Counted from the first letter of the stretch, positions 6,731-15,080 are shown. The stretch: DNA of 21,542 nucleotides from Candidatus Cryosericum sp. (GCA_049699855.1 JBNAWM010000012.1:1-21542); one strand, 5' to 3'. The notes: generated by a model not told the origin, from the sequence alone. Numbers and translations: made by a program.

Positions 6731-9156
6731 GCGTCGAGAAGAAAGGCTTTCAGCACCTCACAGAAGGATCTTATCCAGCAACGCACGTGGTTGGCACTTC
6801 TGTCACCAAGGTCGATGGATACGCGCTGGCAGCGGGAGCCCCGCTCTATACGGATGACATCGCGGCACGTGACTTCCCGAATCGTCTGCATGGCAAAATC
6901 CTTACCAGCCCCATCGCACACGGTATCATTACTGCAATTGACACAAGTGCTGCCGAGAGTTTGCCAGGCGTTCATCTTGTGTTGACCTTCAAGAACACGC
7001 CTCGCACCTACTACACGACGGCAGGTCAGGGATGGCCCGAACCGTCACCCTATGACAACCAGATGTTTACTGAACGTGTGCGTTTTGTCGGCGATAGGGT
7101 CGCCGCTGTTTTTGCCGACACCGCCGAAGTCGCAGAGCAGGCTTTGAAACTGATCAAAGTGACATATGCGGAGGAACCTGCAGTTCTCAATGCGGAAGAC
7201 GCTATGAAGGCAGACGCGCCGCTGATACATCCAGAGAATCCGAAGGGCGCATATGATGCGGCGCACAACATTGCTGCGCATGTCGACGTGAATGTTGGTG
7301 ACGTGGACAAGGCGTTGGCCGAATCCGAGGTGAGCATCTCGGAGACATTTGAGACGCACTATGCCCAGCATACCCCGATGGAAACCCACACGGCTTTTGC
7401 CTACACGGATGACCTGGGAAAACTCGTCATTGTCTCCAGCACGCAGGTGCCATGGCACTCTCGCCGCATTGTCGCAAGGGTCCTCGGGATTCCCATGAGC
7501 AAGCTGCGTGTCATCAAGCCGCGAATCGGAGGCGGTTTTGGGACCAAGCAGGAGATTCTCATCGATGATCTTGTGGCGTATGGAGCGATCAAGACTGGTC
7601 GTCCCTGTGAAATTGAGCTGACGCGCCGCGAGGAGTTTATCTCGTCCCGAACCCGCCACCCCATGAGGGTGGACATGAGTATCGGGTCCGATGCCGAGGG
7701 CAACTTCAAAGCTCTCAAGATGTACGTTCTCAGCAACACGGGCGCTTATGGCAGCCACAGTCTCACAGTCATGTCCAATACGGGCAGCAAGACGCTTCCG
7801 TTGTACAACAAGGCAACCGATGTCCGGTTTTTTGGCGATGCCGTCTATACCAACCTGCCGGTGCCGGGGGCATACCGTGGATATGGAGCCACACAGGGCT
7901 ATGCTGCTCTGGAGACGACGATCGATGATCTTGCGGCCAAATTGAGTATGGATCCTATAGAATTGCGAAAGAAGAACATGATCAGGATCGGTGAAGGTTC
8001 GCCGATCTTTGAAGCGCTTGGAGAAGGCCGTCAAGGTGTTGCCCAAACCATCAAGAGCAGTTCGCTTCCCGCACTTCTTGACCTTGGAGCAAAGGCCATA
8101 GGATGGTCGGAGAAGAGGGGAAAGCATCTGCGCGTTGGCCACAAGGTGCGCGGGCTTGGCATGTCGATGCACATGCAGGGTTCAGGGATCCCTCTCATTG
8201 ATATGGCATCAGCATCGATCAAGCTCAATGAGGACGGGACGTATTTCCTGACTATGGGTGCGACTGACATCGGTACCGGTTCGGATACGATTCTGTCGCA
8301 AATGGCAGCCGAGGTCCTTGGGGTAAGTGCGGATAAGATCAGTGCACTTTCGAGCGATACCGACTTGACACCATTCGATGTGGGTGCCTACGCTTCGTCG
8401 ACAACGTTTGTCTCGGGTGGCGCTGTCGTCAAGGCTGCGAAGGCTGTACGCAATCAGATCTTTGCAGTGGCAGCCGAAATCCTGGAAGAAGAGCTTGATG
8501 CCGCTCTGGTTGGCGCTGAACCCAAGGTCGAATGGGATGACACTCAACCCGATCCCATCCTGTCCTTTTATCGGATGGATAACGGCAATGTTGTGTCCGT
8601 TCGGACGGGCAGGACGGTTTCTGTATCGGATGTTGCCTATCGAGCCTTCTATGAAGTGAATCAGCGCCAGATTGCTGCGACGCAGTCGTTTGTCTCGCCA
8701 CATTCTCCTCCGCCATTTGCAGCACACTTCGTTGAAATCGAACTGGACGAACTCACCGGAAAAATCAAGATCTTGAAATATGTGGCAGCCGTTGACTGTG
8801 GCGTTTCTGTCAACCCGGACCTTGTGCGGGGGCAGATTTTGGGCGCGCTGGCAAACGGAATTGGGTTTGCTCTCACAGAGGAGTATCACTTTGGATCACA
8901 TGGCAATATGACCAATCCTTCGCTGTTCGACTATAAGATCCTGTCGCGACGAGATATGCCGCCAGTTGATGTGATCGTCGTCGACAGCTATGAGCCAACC
9001 GGTCCCCTGGGCGCCAAGTCGGTTGCAGAGATCAACATCAATGGGCCGATTCCTGCCATTGGAAACGCCATTTTTGACGCGACGGGAATTCGTCTTCACA
9101 AGAGCCCGTACACGCCAGAGAGGGTCCTTGCCGCTCTGCGTGCCGGGAAGGTGTGA
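6727..9156 (+). CDS. Xanthine dehydrogenase family molybdopterin-binding large subunit (resembles the XdhD/YgfN-like subgroup)
   Basis: SPIAHG, VRFVGDRVAAV, SSTQVP, IGGGFGTKQ, RTRHP, AYRGYG, DIGTGSDT, GAYASSTT, DCG..VNP..GQ..G, GAKSVAE with the catalytic Glu. Confidence 0.93.
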   Translation: MSVEKKGFQHLTEGSYPATHVVGTSVTKVDGYALAAGAPLYTDDIAARDFPNRLHGKILTSPIAHGIITAIDTSAAESLPGVHLVLTFKNTPRTYYTTAGQGWPEPSPYDNQMFTERVRFVGDRVAAVFADTAEVAEQALKLIKVTYAEEPAVLNAEDAMKADAPLIHPENPKGAYDAAHNIAAHVDVNVGDVDKALAESEVSISETFETHYAQHTPMETHTAFAYTDDLGKLVIVSSTQVPWHSRRIVARVLGIPMSKLRVIKPRIGGGFGTKQEILIDDLVAYGAIKTGRPCEIELTRREEFISSRTRHPMRVDMSIGSDAEGNFKALKMYVLSNTGAYGSHSLTVMSNTGSKTLPLYNKATDVRFFGDAVYTNLPVPGAYRGYGATQGYAALETTIDDLAAKLSMDPIELRKKNMIRIGEGSPIFEALGEGRQGVAQTIKSSSLPALLDLGAKAIGWSEKRGKHLRVGHKVRGLGMSMHMQGSGIPLIDMASASIKLNEDGTYFLTMGATDIGTGSDTILSQMAAEVLGVSADKISALSSDTDLTPFDVGAYASSTTFVSGGAVVKAAKAVRNQIFAVAAEILEEELDAALVGAEPKVEWDDTQPDPILSFYRMDNGNVVSVRTGRTVSVSDVAYRAFYEVNQRQIAATQSFVSPHSPPPFAAHFVEIELDELTGKIKILKYVAAVDCGVSVNPDLVRGQILGALANGIGFALTEEYHFGSHGNMTNPSLFDYKILSRRDMPPVDVIVVDSYEPTGPLGAKSVAEININGPIPAIGNAIFDATGIRLHKSPYTPERVLAALRAGKV

Positions 9157-9171
9157 CAGCATTCTGAATCA

Positions 9172-9214
9172 AGCAAAACGAGAGGGGCGCCCGGAAGGCG
9201 CCCCTCTCTGATTT
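9172..9214. terminator. Bidirectional rho-independent terminator between the xdh operon and pepT
   Basis: Perfect 12-bp stem GAGAGGGGCGCC (9180-9191), loop CGGAA, GGCGCCCCTCTC (9197-9208). Followed by TGATTT on + and GTTTTGCTT on -. Lies between convergent genes. Confidence 0.85.
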
Positions 9215-9246
9215 CCCAACGGCCAGCGTTGTTCTTGCGGTAGGAG

Positions 9247-10479
9247 CTATCGGGCAGCAAATGCCTCGGCTATACCCACGACAACCTGAACCGCTCGCTC
9301 CATCGACTGAATGACCACATATTCGAAGGGACCGTGGTAGTTGCGGCCTCCAGTGAACAGGTTTGGGCAAGGAAGCCCCATGTAGCTGAGGCGCGCACCG
9401 TCCGTTCCTCCACGGACAGGCTTGACGATGGGGGTTATGCCAAGCTTCTTCATTGTGCCAAGAGCGACGTCGATAAGGACCATGTGCTGTTCGATCACTT
9501 CGCGCATATTGTAGTAGGAGTCTCGGACCTGAACAGTCACCGTGTCTTCTCCATACTTTGCATTGAGGAAGTCACAGATGGCATGCGCCATGCTCTTTCT
9601 CTGCTCAAAACGGGACTTGTCATGGTCCCTGATGATATAGTTGACCTCGGCCTTTTCGCATGCGCCATCGATGCCGGTCACGTGGTAGAAACCCTCGTAT
9701 TTTTCGGTAGAGCGCGGGGTTTCATCTGCAGGGAAGAGGCTTGTCAATTCTGCTGCGATGAGCGCTGCATTCTTCATGATACCTTTTGCGGAGCCGGGAT
9801 GGATGCTCTTTCCAGTGACTTTGAACTGGGCGGAGGCAGCGTTGAAGTTTTCGTATTCAAGGCTGCCAAGCTCGTCGCCATCAAGCGTATAAGCATACGT
9901 TGCGCCAAATTTCTTCACGTCGAATCGGTCGACCCCCTGGCCGATTTCTTCATCAGGTGTGAACGCGATTTTCAGGGTGCCATGTTTCACGGTGGGATGG
10001 GACATGAGGTATTCCGCGGCCGTCATAATCTCAGCAATGCCGGCTTTGTCATCGGCACCAAGCAAGGTAGTCCCATCTGTTACGATGAAGTCCTCTCCTC
10101 TATGCAGAAGCATGTCGGGAAAGTCAGTTGGACTAAGAACGATATGCTTCTCCGCATTGAGAACAATCTCGCCCCCATCGTAGGAGCGGACGGTACGTGC
10201 CTTGACCTGGGCTCCTGAGGCGTCGGGAGAAGTGTCCATGTGTGCAAGGAAGCCAATGACCGGCACGCTTTCAGGATGTTCGCAGTTGGCGGGGAGTGTA
10301 GCTGTGACATACCCATTCGCATCGACGGCGGAATCGGTCAGCCCAAGTGATCGAAGCTCCGTTACCAGCTCATTCGCAAGCACGAGCTGCTTTTCTGTAC
10401 TCGGAAACGTTACCGAATTTTCATCAGACTGGGTATCGAAGGAAACATAATGCAGGAACCGGTCAACAAGATTGCTCAT
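9247..10479 (-). CDS. pepT: Peptidase T (tripeptide aminopeptidase, M20B)
   Basis: Start moved to 10479 (MSNLVDRFLHYVSFDTQSD) after SD GAGGAG. IGFLAHMDTSPD, TDGTTLLGADDKAG, FTPDEEIG, YENFNAA, HPGSAKG, RGGTDG, YHGPFEY. Confidence 0.96.
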   Translation of the reverse strand: MSNLVDRFLHYVSFDTQSDENSVTFPSTEKQLVLANELVTELRSLGLTDSAVDANGYVTATLPANCEHPESVPVIGFLAHMDTSPDASGAQVKARTVRSYDGGEIVLNAEKHIVLSPTDFPDMLLHRGEDFIVTDGTTLLGADDKAGIAEIMTAAEYLMSHPTVKHGTLKIAFTPDEEIGQGVDRFDVKKFGATYAYTLDGDELGSLEYENFNAASAQFKVTGKSIHPGSAKGIMKNAALIAAELTSLFPADETPRSTEKYEGFYHVTGIDGACEKAEVNYIIRDHDKSRFEQRKSMAHAICDFLNAKYGEDTVTVQVRDSYYNMREVIEQHMVLIDVALGTMKKLGITPIVKPVRGGTDGARLSYMGLPCPNLFTGGRNYHGPFEYVVIQSMERAVQVVVGIAEAFAAR

Positions 10480-10943
10480 AGGATCTCCTCTCTGAAAGTA
10501 GTTGTCTCTGTTGTCTGTGTAAGTTTTTGATTCACTGCGGTGAGTATTTGCAGGGCAAGCACGGGGTCCGTTACTCCGACTGTGGCAGCCTCCATTGGAC
10601 AAGGGCCGGTGTTGTCTCTGTTGCGTATTTCGGGGATAACTTCATCGTGTGCGAATGAGACACCGGCTTGCCGAAGAACATCCTCGGCTGCGGCACTCAT
10701 GGTCAAGCCGAATACCGACGCGGGGCGCAGGAGAACAAACAACAGTGCAGCCGCTCGCCCGATCAGCTTGTCTCCCCAATCCAGAGATTGAAGTTCTGTC
10801 CCGGATTGCGTAGCAATCACCTGCAGCAGATCTGCAATGCCCCGCCCTGAGGACCGATACACAAGCTTGCCGTCTCTTGCTGCGCAAAGAGTTGTCTGTC
10901 CTTTCCTGACTTCTGCTTGAACAAGTCGTTCGTTTTCCGTCAT
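10476..10943 (-). CDS. DUF1893 (TM1506-like) domain protein
   Basis: S.GRGIADLL, DKLIGRAAALL, MSAAA..L, I.NRD.TG.CPME match the DUF1893 pattern as I recall it. SD AGGGG; ATGA overlap with pepT. Confidence 0.8.
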   Translation of the reverse strand: MTENERLVQAEVRKGQTTLCAARDGKLVYRSSGRGIADLLQVIATQSGTELQSLDWGDKLIGRAAALLFVLLRPASVFGLTMSAAAEDVLRQAGVSFAHDEVIPEIRNRDNTGPCPMEAATVGVTDPVLALQILTAVNQKLTQTTETTTFREEIL

Positions 10944-11049
10944 CTGTACCCCTGTTGTCCAGTGTCATAGCATGTCGTATCTATTGTAAGCGGAACCCCT
11001 TCTTTTCCTAGATGTGGCACGAAAGAGAAGCTCTGGCACGATTGGTGAG

Positions 11050-11076
11050 TTGACTTTGCGCGGGATCAGATATACT
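11050..11076 (+). promoter_or_regulatory. Putative sigma70-type promoter for the transporter-Fur operon
   Basis: TTGACT (11050-11055), 15 nt, TATACT (11071-11076). The spacer is short. Confidence 0.5.
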
Positions 11077-11083
11077 TACTTGT

Positions 11084-11098
11084 TGCAAATGATTTGCA
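11084..11098. promoter_or_regulatory. Fur-family (probably Zur-type) operator
   Basis: Perfect 7-1-7 palindrome TGCAAAT-G-ATTTGCA between the -10 box and the SD of an operon that encodes a Fur-family protein. Confidence 0.7.
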
Positions 11099-11117
11099 TG
11101 TATGGAGGCACCGACCC

Positions 11118-12038
11118 ATGATAGAAGTCATAGTGGACTCGCTGAAAGATACACTGACCATGGTTCCCATTCTGTTTGTTGTTTATCTGGCCCTGGAATA
11201 CGTTGAGGCTAGATGGCAGCAGCGAATGGTGGATGCCGTTGAGCGGGCCGGAAAGGTTGGTCCTCTTGTCGCCTCCGTGGGTGGGGCGATTCCGCAATGT
11301 GGTTTCTCTGTCATGGCCAGCGCGCTGTATACTCAGCGGCTCCTGACCATGGGCACTATTGTTGCGGTGTATCTGGCAACATCTGACGAGGCGCTGCCTA
11401 TCCTCCTTTCCAAGCCAGACCAGGCACACATTGTCCTGCCGCTCATCGGCATCAAGGTGGTGCTCGCGATTGCAGGCGGATATCTCGTCGACACCTTGAT
11501 GCGTGCTGAGAACCGAAGGCGGGCTCAGGCCGGCCGTGATCGACAAGAGGCAGAACGGGAGGCCATCAGAATCGGTGAGCAGAGTTGCACCTGTGATGGC
11601 ACGCGTGCTTCATGTGAATGTGAACAGACTGGCGTAGTCGACTGGAAAGAGGTTTTGTGGTCCGCAGCCAAACGGACCGGCGAGATTTTCCTGTATCTTC
11701 TTGCCACGTCAATCGTTCTTGGGCTTCTCATGAACTGGATAGGGCAAGAGAATCTGTCACGGCTCCTTCTGAGTCACACCGTCTTTCAACCTGTTTTGGC
11801 GGCTGTCATTGGATTGATTCCGAACTGCGCGGCCAGTGTTGCGATCACTGAACTCTATATCACTGGAACGCTCAGTTTCGGCTCCACTATTGCCGGCCTC
11901 GGAGCGGCTGGTGGTCTGGGTCTCATTGTCCTTTTCCGAGAGAACCATGATCCGCGCAACACGGCCAAGGTAATTGCCTGGCTGCTTGGTATCAGCATTG
12001 GGGCTGGCATTTTGATACAGCTTCTGCAAAAGGGGTGA
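11118..12038 (+). CDS. Putative metal-ion transporter membrane protein (DUF2899 / 'putative manganese transporter'-like)
   Basis: ATG 11118 after GGAGG. Two pseudo-repeated hydrophobic halves with GAIPQCGFSV and GLIPNCAASV, plus ATSDEALPIL, and a central hydrophilic Cys-containing loop. Confidence 0.75.
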   Translation: MIEVIVDSLKDTLTMVPILFVVYLALEYVEARWQQRMVDAVERAGKVGPLVASVGGAIPQCGFSVMASALYTQRLLTMGTIVAVYLATSDEALPILLSKPDQAHIVLPLIGIKVVLAIAGGYLVDTLMRAENRRRAQAGRDRQEAEREAIRIGEQSCTCDGTRASCECEQTGVVDWKEVLWSAAKRTGEIFLYLLATSIVLGLLMNWIGQENLSRLLLSHTVFQPVLAAVIGLIPNCAASVAITELYITGTLSFGSTIAGLGAAGGLGLIVLFRENHDPRNTAKVIAWLLGISIGAGILIQLLQKG

Positions 12039-12042
12039 TGCC

Positions 12043-12498
12043 ATGAACTCCTCAGGTGTGGAAAAGCCGGCCAGGCTTCGGTCGGTCAAGGAACTGAAGG
12101 GCTTTCGTATGACGCGGGAACGCAGGGTTATCCTTGACGTTCTGTTAGAGGCAGAGAACCCGCTCACTGCGGAAGAGGTGCTCCGTCGGGTCAAAGAGGG
12201 TATGGCGCTCTCTACCGTCTATCGAACACTCGACAATCTCGTTCATCGTGGATACGTTCAGCAGACCCTTCTCAACACGGACGGACGCGCAGTCTTTGAA
12301 CTCGCAGGACAGGTTCACCGGCATTACATGGTGTGTCTGGACTGCCACCGCATGTTTCCTCTGGCAACGTGTCCCGTCAGGGGATTTCATGATCGGTCTG
12401 CTGATGAGTTAGACTTTGAGGTTGTCGACCACAGCCTGGTTCTCTATGGATATTGTCACGACTGCCGCCTCAAGAGGAAATCGCTGGGTCTGGAGTGA
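12043..12498 (+). CDS. Fur-family transcriptional regulator (Zur-like)
   Basis: MTRERRVIL, LTAEEV, LSTVYRTL, HRHYMVCLDC, HSLVLYGYCHDC (two CxxC). Confidence 0.92.
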   Translation: MNSSGVEKPARLRSVKELKGFRMTRERRVILDVLLEAENPLTAEEVLRRVKEGMALSTVYRTLDNLVHRGYVQQTLLNTDGRAVFELAGQVHRHYMVCLDCHRMFPLATCPVRGFHDRSADELDFEVVDHSLVLYGYCHDCRLKRKSLGLE

Positions 12499-12504
12499 CG
12501 AATC

Positions 12505-13638
12505 TCAGCCGAGCTGTTCTGCGACCTCTTTCAAGGCGTCACGGATGGCGATGTGCTGGGGGCACTTGTCTTCGCATAGACCGCAATTGATACAGCTTTC
12601 GGCAGACGAACCCTGCTCTTTCATCTTGATATAGCGCTTGTGCTGGGCGTCCCAGTTTCCGAACATCGATCCTTCGTTGATCAGTTGAAACATGTCTGGA
12701 ATGCTGACTCCATTTGGGCAGGGCATACAGTAGTTGCACGCGGTGCACGGAACGCGGATAAGCGCTTGGTACGCGTCGCGCACTCGTGAGATCAAACGCA
12801 GTTCATGAGAGGAAAGCATGCCCACTGCAGATCGGTCTGCGCTGTCGAGGTTCTGCCGGACCTGTTCCGGAGTGCTCATTCCACTCAGAAGAAGAGACAC
12901 CTCAGGGTGATTCCACACCCAGTCCAATGCCCATTCGGCAGGTGACCGCCGCATTGAGGCGCTGTTCCACAGAGCAGAAATCTGAGGGTTTGGCACAGCC
13001 AGCTTTCCTCCCCTGAGGGGCTCCATCACGACAATGCCAAGTCCTTTGGACGCTGCATAGAGCAGTCCGTCGGTTCCAGCCTGCATCTCTTCGTCAAGAA
13101 AGTTGTATTGGATTTGGCAGAACGTCCAGTCCTGAAATGCGTCAATTATCTCGTGAAAGACCTCGGATGTGTCATGAAATGAAAATCCAAGAAAGCCAAT
13201 ACGCCCCTCCTGGATGCGCTGGCGTGCCCACTCGAGAACGTCATTTTTCTGGAGGTTGTGCCATCGTTCGGCGTTGAGGGCGTGCAGCAGATAAAAGTCG
13301 ATATGGTCAGTTTGCAGCCGCTGAAGCTGCTCTTCAAGATAACGGGTCATGTCTGCCTGCGAATTGATGAGCCAGGACGGCATTTTTGTGGCCAGATGGA
13401 CTTTTGCACGATAGCCTTCCTGAAGGGCTTTGCCAACCAGAACCTCACTCTTGCCGCCGTGGTAGGGATAGGCGGTGTCGATGTAGTTTACTCCACCATC
13501 GATCCCGGTCCGAAGCATGTCAATGGCCAAGCCTTCGTCGATGTCAGAGGGATTCTCACCCACCACCGGCAACCTCATAGTCCCAAATCCAAGTGCAGAT
13601 GGCTTCCAATCAAGTTTTCCGAACGTCCTGTATCTCAT
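12505..13638 (-). CDS. Aldo/keto reductase with C-terminal 4Fe-4S dicluster domain
   Basis: Start moved to 13638 (MRYRTFGK) after GGGGAG. SALGFGTMRLP, NYIDTAYPYH, LATKMP, DFYLLH, GFSFH, QIQYN, VMEPLRGG, LSGMS, CTACNYCMPCP, CINCGLCEDKCPQ. Confidence 0.93.
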   Translation of the reverse strand: MRYRTFGKLDWKPSALGFGTMRLPVVGENPSDIDEGLAIDMLRTGIDGGVNYIDTAYPYHGGKSEVLVGKALQEGYRAKVHLATKMPSWLINSQADMTRYLEEQLQRLQTDHIDFYLLHALNAERWHNLQKNDVLEWARQRIQEGRIGFLGFSFHDTSEVFHEIIDAFQDWTFCQIQYNFLDEEMQAGTDGLLYAASKGLGIVVMEPLRGGKLAVPNPQISALWNSASMRRSPAEWALDWVWNHPEVSLLLSGMSTPEQVRQNLDSADRSAVGMLSSHELRLISRVRDAYQALIRVPCTACNYCMPCPNGVSIPDMFQLINEGSMFGNWDAQHKRYIKMKEQGSSAESCINCGLCEDKCPQHIAIRDALKEVAEQLG

Positions 13639-13675
13639 ACAGCTCTCCCCGTCCACAGAAAATTGTTCGTATTCC

Positions 13676-13703
13676 AATATATAGCTTCTGAAACACATGT
13701 CAA
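13676..13703 (-). promoter_or_regulatory. Putative sigma70-type promoter for the aldo/keto reductase
   Basis: Minus strand TTGACA (13703-13698), 16 nt, TATATT (13681-13676). Confidence 0.65.
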
Positions 13704-13762
13704 TGAGCGCCCTTTGAAGGTCATCAGACGAAGTACGAGGGGGCGTAGATGGGAGCGGTCCG

Positions 13763-13790
13763 TTGCAAACAGGCTCAAAGACAATAAAAT
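13763..13790 (+). promoter_or_regulatory. Putative sigma70-type promoter for the ddl operon
   Basis: TTGCAA (13763-13768), 16 nt, TAAAAT (13785-13790). Confidence 0.6.
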
Positions 13791-13865
13791 AAGAAGACAA
13801 GAAATCAGCGTTCAAATGCTTCCCGGGACATACTTGTCCCGAGGGGCGTGAGCAAGGAGCTATCA

Positions 13866-15071
13866 ATGAAGAAGAGAGTTGGTGTTGTCTTCGGGTCGCG
13901 TTCAGTCGAACATGAAGTATCGATCATTACCGGCGTACAAGCTATGAATTCAGTGGACTCGGAGCTGTTCGAGGTAGTACCGCTGTATGTTTCCAAGGAA
14001 GGGGTGTGGTTCACGGGTGAAGTTCTGAAAACAATGGACGTGTTCCGTGACCTTGCCAGTTTGCCCGGCAAGGCCGAACGGGTCTGTCTTCAGCCGTTTG
14101 CGGGCAAGTCCGCTCTCATGGTTCAGCGGGAGCACCGGACTGTTCTGGGCCATAACCTGTCTTTGGAGCCACTTTCCATTGATGTGGCGTTGCTGTGCAA
14201 CCATGGTACCAATGGGGAAGATGGAACGCTTCAAGGCGTGTTCGAACTGCTGGGAATTCCCTATACGGGGAGCGGGGTCACTGGATCGGCTCTTGGAATG
14301 GATAAGATCTTCCAGAAGCAGCTGTTCAGAGCGGCGGGCATCCCTGTTGTGCCTCATGTCAGTTTCAGCAGACGTTTGTGGCATGCCGATCCGGAAGGGT
14401 GTCTTGCCCTGGCTGAGGAACGCCTGGCATTTCCCATGTTTGTAAAACCGGCCAACCTTGGGTCCAGCGTCGGCATCACGCGTGCGACCGACCACGAAAC
14501 GCTTCGCAACGCACTGGAAGTTGCGAGTCACTTCGACCGGAAGCTGCTGGTTGAACAGGCGGTAGTCAACGCTCGCGAAGTGAACTGCGCTGTCATGGGC
14601 AACGATGACCCCACGCCATCAGCATGCGAAGAGGTTTTCAGTTCGCACACATTTCTGGATTACGACGCGAAGTACAAAGTGGGCTACAAGACGACTGCCG
14701 ATTCAGGCGGGGGTGTGCCGAAGGCCGAGGCCCGCAAGGTTCCGGCAGACCTGGGTGAAGATCTTACCCGCAAGGTGCAGTACCTGGCGGTTCAAGCCTT
14801 CAGCGCGCTCGACTGCCGTGGCGTCGCCCGGGTCGATTTCCTCATCGACGCATCTGGAACGGCGTACGTGAATGAGATCAATACGATTCCCGGGGCGCTC
14901 TCGTTCTACTTGTGGGAGGCGGTGGGCATGCAGTATCGTGAAGTCCTGAAAAAGTTGATTGATCTGGCGTTTGAGGCGTATGAAGACCGTAAGTCGAACG
15001 TGGTCAACTATGATGTCTCAGACCTGCTGAGACTTGGTTCGGCAGGCAAGTCCGGTCGCAAGACCATGTAA
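13866..15071 (+). CDS. ddl: D-alanine--D-alanine ligase
   Basis: ATG 13866 after AAGGAG. FGSRSVEHEVS, HGTNGEDGTLQG, MDK, FVKPANLGSSVGI, REVNCAV, YDAKY, ARVDF, NEINTIPG. Confidence 0.93.
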   Translation: MKKRVGVVFGSRSVEHEVSIITGVQAMNSVDSELFEVVPLYVSKEGVWFTGEVLKTMDVFRDLASLPGKAERVCLQPFAGKSALMVQREHRTVLGHNLSLEPLSIDVALLCNHGTNGEDGTLQGVFELLGIPYTGSGVTGSALGMDKIFQKQLFRAAGIPVVPHVSFSRRLWHADPEGCLALAEERLAFPMFVKPANLGSSVGITRATDHETLRNALEVASHFDRKLLVEQAVVNAREVNCAVMGNDDPTPSACEEVFSSHTFLDYDAKYKVGYKTTADSGGGVPKAEARKVPADLGEDLTRKVQYLAVQAFSALDCRGVARVDFLIDASGTAYVNEINTIPGALSFYLWEAVGMQYREVLKKLIDLAFEAYEDRKSNVVNYDVSDLLRLGSAGKSGRKTM

Positions 15072-15080
15072 CGGGGCTGC

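Noticed and set aside
7045..8172. 375-aa antisense ORF (also 8209-8889, 9334-10218, 3157-3894, 18456-19271)
   Set aside because: Shadow frames opposite well-supported genes, with no recognisable motifs; expected in GC-rich DNA.
5412..9156. Aerobic CO dehydrogenase (coxMSL)
   Set aside because: Gene order is similar, but the active-site loop is AYRGYG, not the CoxL form I AYxCSFR or form II AYRGAGR.
9209..9249. Amber read-through of pepT with a small hairpin CAACG/CGTTG
   Set aside because: PepT is already full length at the TAG, and the 5-bp stem is unremarkable.
10501..10623. 13-bp direct repeat GTTGTCTCTGTTG at 10501 and 10611
   Set aside because: Only two copies, inside a coding region; a few 13-mer repeats are expected by chance in 21 kb. 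Not a CRISPR array.
13639..13866. N-terminal extensions in the ORF track (aldo/keto reductase, pepT, fdhC, FAD subunit, LacI)
   Set aside because: Family homology begins at the downstream ATGs, most with good SD sites; the extensions cross promoters or neighbouring genes.
13866..15071. Van-type D-Ala-D-Lac ligase / glycopeptide resistance
   Set aside because: The omega loop retains YDAKY typical of D-Ala-D-Ala ligases, and there are no vanH/vanX/vanRS genes nearby.
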